A stretch of DNA of 64,000 bases from Lama glama (lineage: Eukaryota): assembly GCA_028534125.1 (NCBI GenBank), contig CM052817.1:72232001-72296000 (forward strand), read 5' to 3'. Shown one piece after another: positions 61,521-64,000 of the stretch. Positions within the stretch are counted from its first letter, which is position 1; each line of letters begins with the position of its first letter. The notes beneath the pieces are model-generated. The model searched no databases and was not told where the DNA came from. It worked only from the letters and a program-made list of their open reading frames with translations. The translations under genes and the position numbers were made by a program.

Positions 61521-64000
61521 TTACTTCCCCTGCAAGCTTAATGAAGGTGCTTATCTTCTCGACTATAAAATGTAGGGCCAATTACGCATTTTAATATTCA
61601 GTGATCTTTAATCCAATGTTTGCTAAAAATCAGTTTTATGCAATTAGTCAATCAAGTTTTTCCAGTGCCTACTATATGCCAAACTTAGCAGTAACTTCTT
61701 TTTCTTTTCTCTTTTTCCTTGATATCAATTTCATGAACCATTTAAAGAGAGTGACATGTGTGCCTTGGATATGGGATTCAGGGCATATCAACTTGTGTAC
61801 ATGCTGGGATTGAACCCAAACAAAGCATTTTGATTTTTTAATAAATTTTAACTTGAAAAGAGGGGCTGACTGTTATTTTGAACCTTTGCTAACACATATT
61901 TTAATTTTTAAGTCAGTGGTTTAATATAATTTTCTTTAGTTGCTAGCTTGATTCAGATAGGAGTCAAGCATAAAATCACACAAAGCTTTTGTTTTGCAAA
62001 GCTCTTTCACAAATCACCCTGGTTTCATGCCCTAATTAATCAGTGTTCATGGGGGAATGAGAGGTTATTTGCTTTTCAGCTTCAGCAGAGATACTAATAG
62101 CATAGCAGGAGAATTCTGAAATAACGTGCATTATTTTTCGTATTTGAAGCACTTTCCCATGGATTCTTACATAATTATCTAGAAAATGCTAACCATTGTT
62201 TCTATTGGAATTTTATCTCATGCGGATAGGAACTCCCAAGATTAGAAAAGTCTACCCATTGCTAGGCCTTTTGAACATACTATTATTCTAATACGTTAAA
62301 TTGAAATTGTCATTATATTTAGAAAACCCCTACCATAGTCCCTGACCCTTATAATCCACAGAAAAATGTAAGCATTTCTCCTTCTCAATTAAATCATTTT
62401 TTAAAAACATGTAATGAAGCATTTCTCATTGACTGAAAGAAAAGCAGTGGATGATTTTCCAATTTAGCAGAATAGTTTAACGGGATATTGGGATCCAGTA
62501 AGTTAGCTAACAATCAAATCTAAAGAGAAAGCATTACTTGATTTCTTTATATGTTATCATTAGCCCCATAAAATTGGCTTATCGAGCAGAGTCTCAAATC
62601 AAAATTTTACGAGATCATTGCAGACACATTACACACTAGGGTCTTATGCTTAAAGGATACCTTCATTCATAACCCTCAACTTTGGAAAGAAAAAAAGAAA
62701 GAGACAGGCATTGTAACCTGTAGGGATTGCAGCTGTGGTAGGATTGAAACTATTGCTTTCGCCACTGATAGACCATTTTGGTTGCAACAAGTTCCCTGGG
62801 TCAAAATTACTGCTAGGGCTATGAAACTGCTTGAGCACAGAAAAGCTAAGACGGATATAATGAAGTAAATACGATCCACAGATTTTCAACTTCTAACATT
62901 CTGGTTTTTGCTTCTAGTTGTTGAGAACAATGCTGTTTCTCCATGTAAAATTATTTACATAATTACAGATCAAACCAATCAGTTACTACCTTGTCAGGCT
63001 AAAGGTCATGACTGGCATAAGCAAGTAGTTCAGACGCAGCTCTGCTGTTAATACCTGTTCACTCCAGGGCTGCTGCCCTATTCCCAGGGCTGATTGCCCT
63101 CTGTCCTGTGGCTTCAAGTAATGTAAATTGTATCTTGTCCCTGGGTAATCGAGATCAGTGTTGTCTTGTCTGTCCACACCCCGCCGATGCCCTCTCTGTG
63201 CCGCGGTAATGGTTTTGGTGGGCAATCAAGGAAGATGCCTTCTTGACTCATCTCTCATAATAGATTGTCCTCCTCAGGCAAAATTGAATAACCCCCAACA
63301 TGGCCTGGAGGCAGGCAATGAGAATTCAATAAGTCTGCAGGGTCAGTGTCCTGTCATTTTTGGCAAGCAAGTAATTATTCTGCACTAACATTCAGTAATA
63401 GGAGGAGGAAACGGCCATGGACACCTTTATCCCGATGCCTAGAAGAGTCACCTTAGCAGGATTTTTCCTCTAATCAGCTGTAATTCCTTCTCTTCTGAGT
63501 GAGTTCATGTGAGTTGCATGGGTGGATTTCCTTGATGCTTTTTTTCCCCCCAAACCTGCAGTGTCTGTGGGAAAGTTTAACAACTTCACTGCCTGTTGTT
63601 TAATATTTTCCACTTTTATGGGTTGCAGTTGTGCTGTCTATTTGCTTTCACTGATTTGTGAAAGATTTATTATAAACCAAATACAGCTGTTCTCCCCTTT
63701 CATAAAGTCAAACTGTTTTGGCAAACCCGTTTTCCACTATGAAAACACGTTCAAAATCATCTCCCCGACCAGCTTTCCTACCCTAAGCGTTTAGCTATGC
63801 CGAGTAGCTCAGGGTAGGTGCCAAAGTGGTTATGGACTCGCTTAAGGAAAAGAGAATGCATCTGCTTCACAAATAAACAGGCAGAAGAGAAGAAATAACT
63901 TTTTCTTTGGCCTTCTGGTGGGATTCACTGTTATTATGTGCAGATCCCAAGAGAACAGAATTTTAATATCCCCCCAAAAAGCATCTGTAAATTCAAGCCA

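Overview
AT-rich, CpG-poor mammalian genomic DNA, most likely camelid (four short tRNA-derived Vic-1-type SINEs plus cetartiodactyl-type L1 3' UTRs). I see no intact protein-coding gene. The supplied ORFs are chance ORFs or repeat-derived, and only the L1 ORF2 C-terminal fragment at ~54.3 kb is recognisable. Most of the window is interspersed repeats (L1, L2, MIR, MaLR/ERVL LTRs, MER5) separated by repeat-free stretches that look like conserved non-coding elements. The most interesting signal is on the minus strand at ~0.3-6.9 kb: exon-like blocks with GT-AG boundaries whose reading frames stay open across two predicted junctions. They spell degenerate ankyrin repeats with stops and frameshifts, suggesting a decayed intron-containing ankyrin-repeat gene (ANKRD63/ANKRD34-like by recall). 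Other items: a 35-nt U2 snRNA retro-pseudogene with a perfect target-site duplication, a recursive-splice-site-like motif, an L1 with a 5' micro-inversion, a 60-bp L1 nested in an older L1, a candidate CTCF site next to a 40-bp tandem duplication, and a decayed palindrome near the right end. Repeat family names come from pattern recall, and boundaries of old repeats are approximate.
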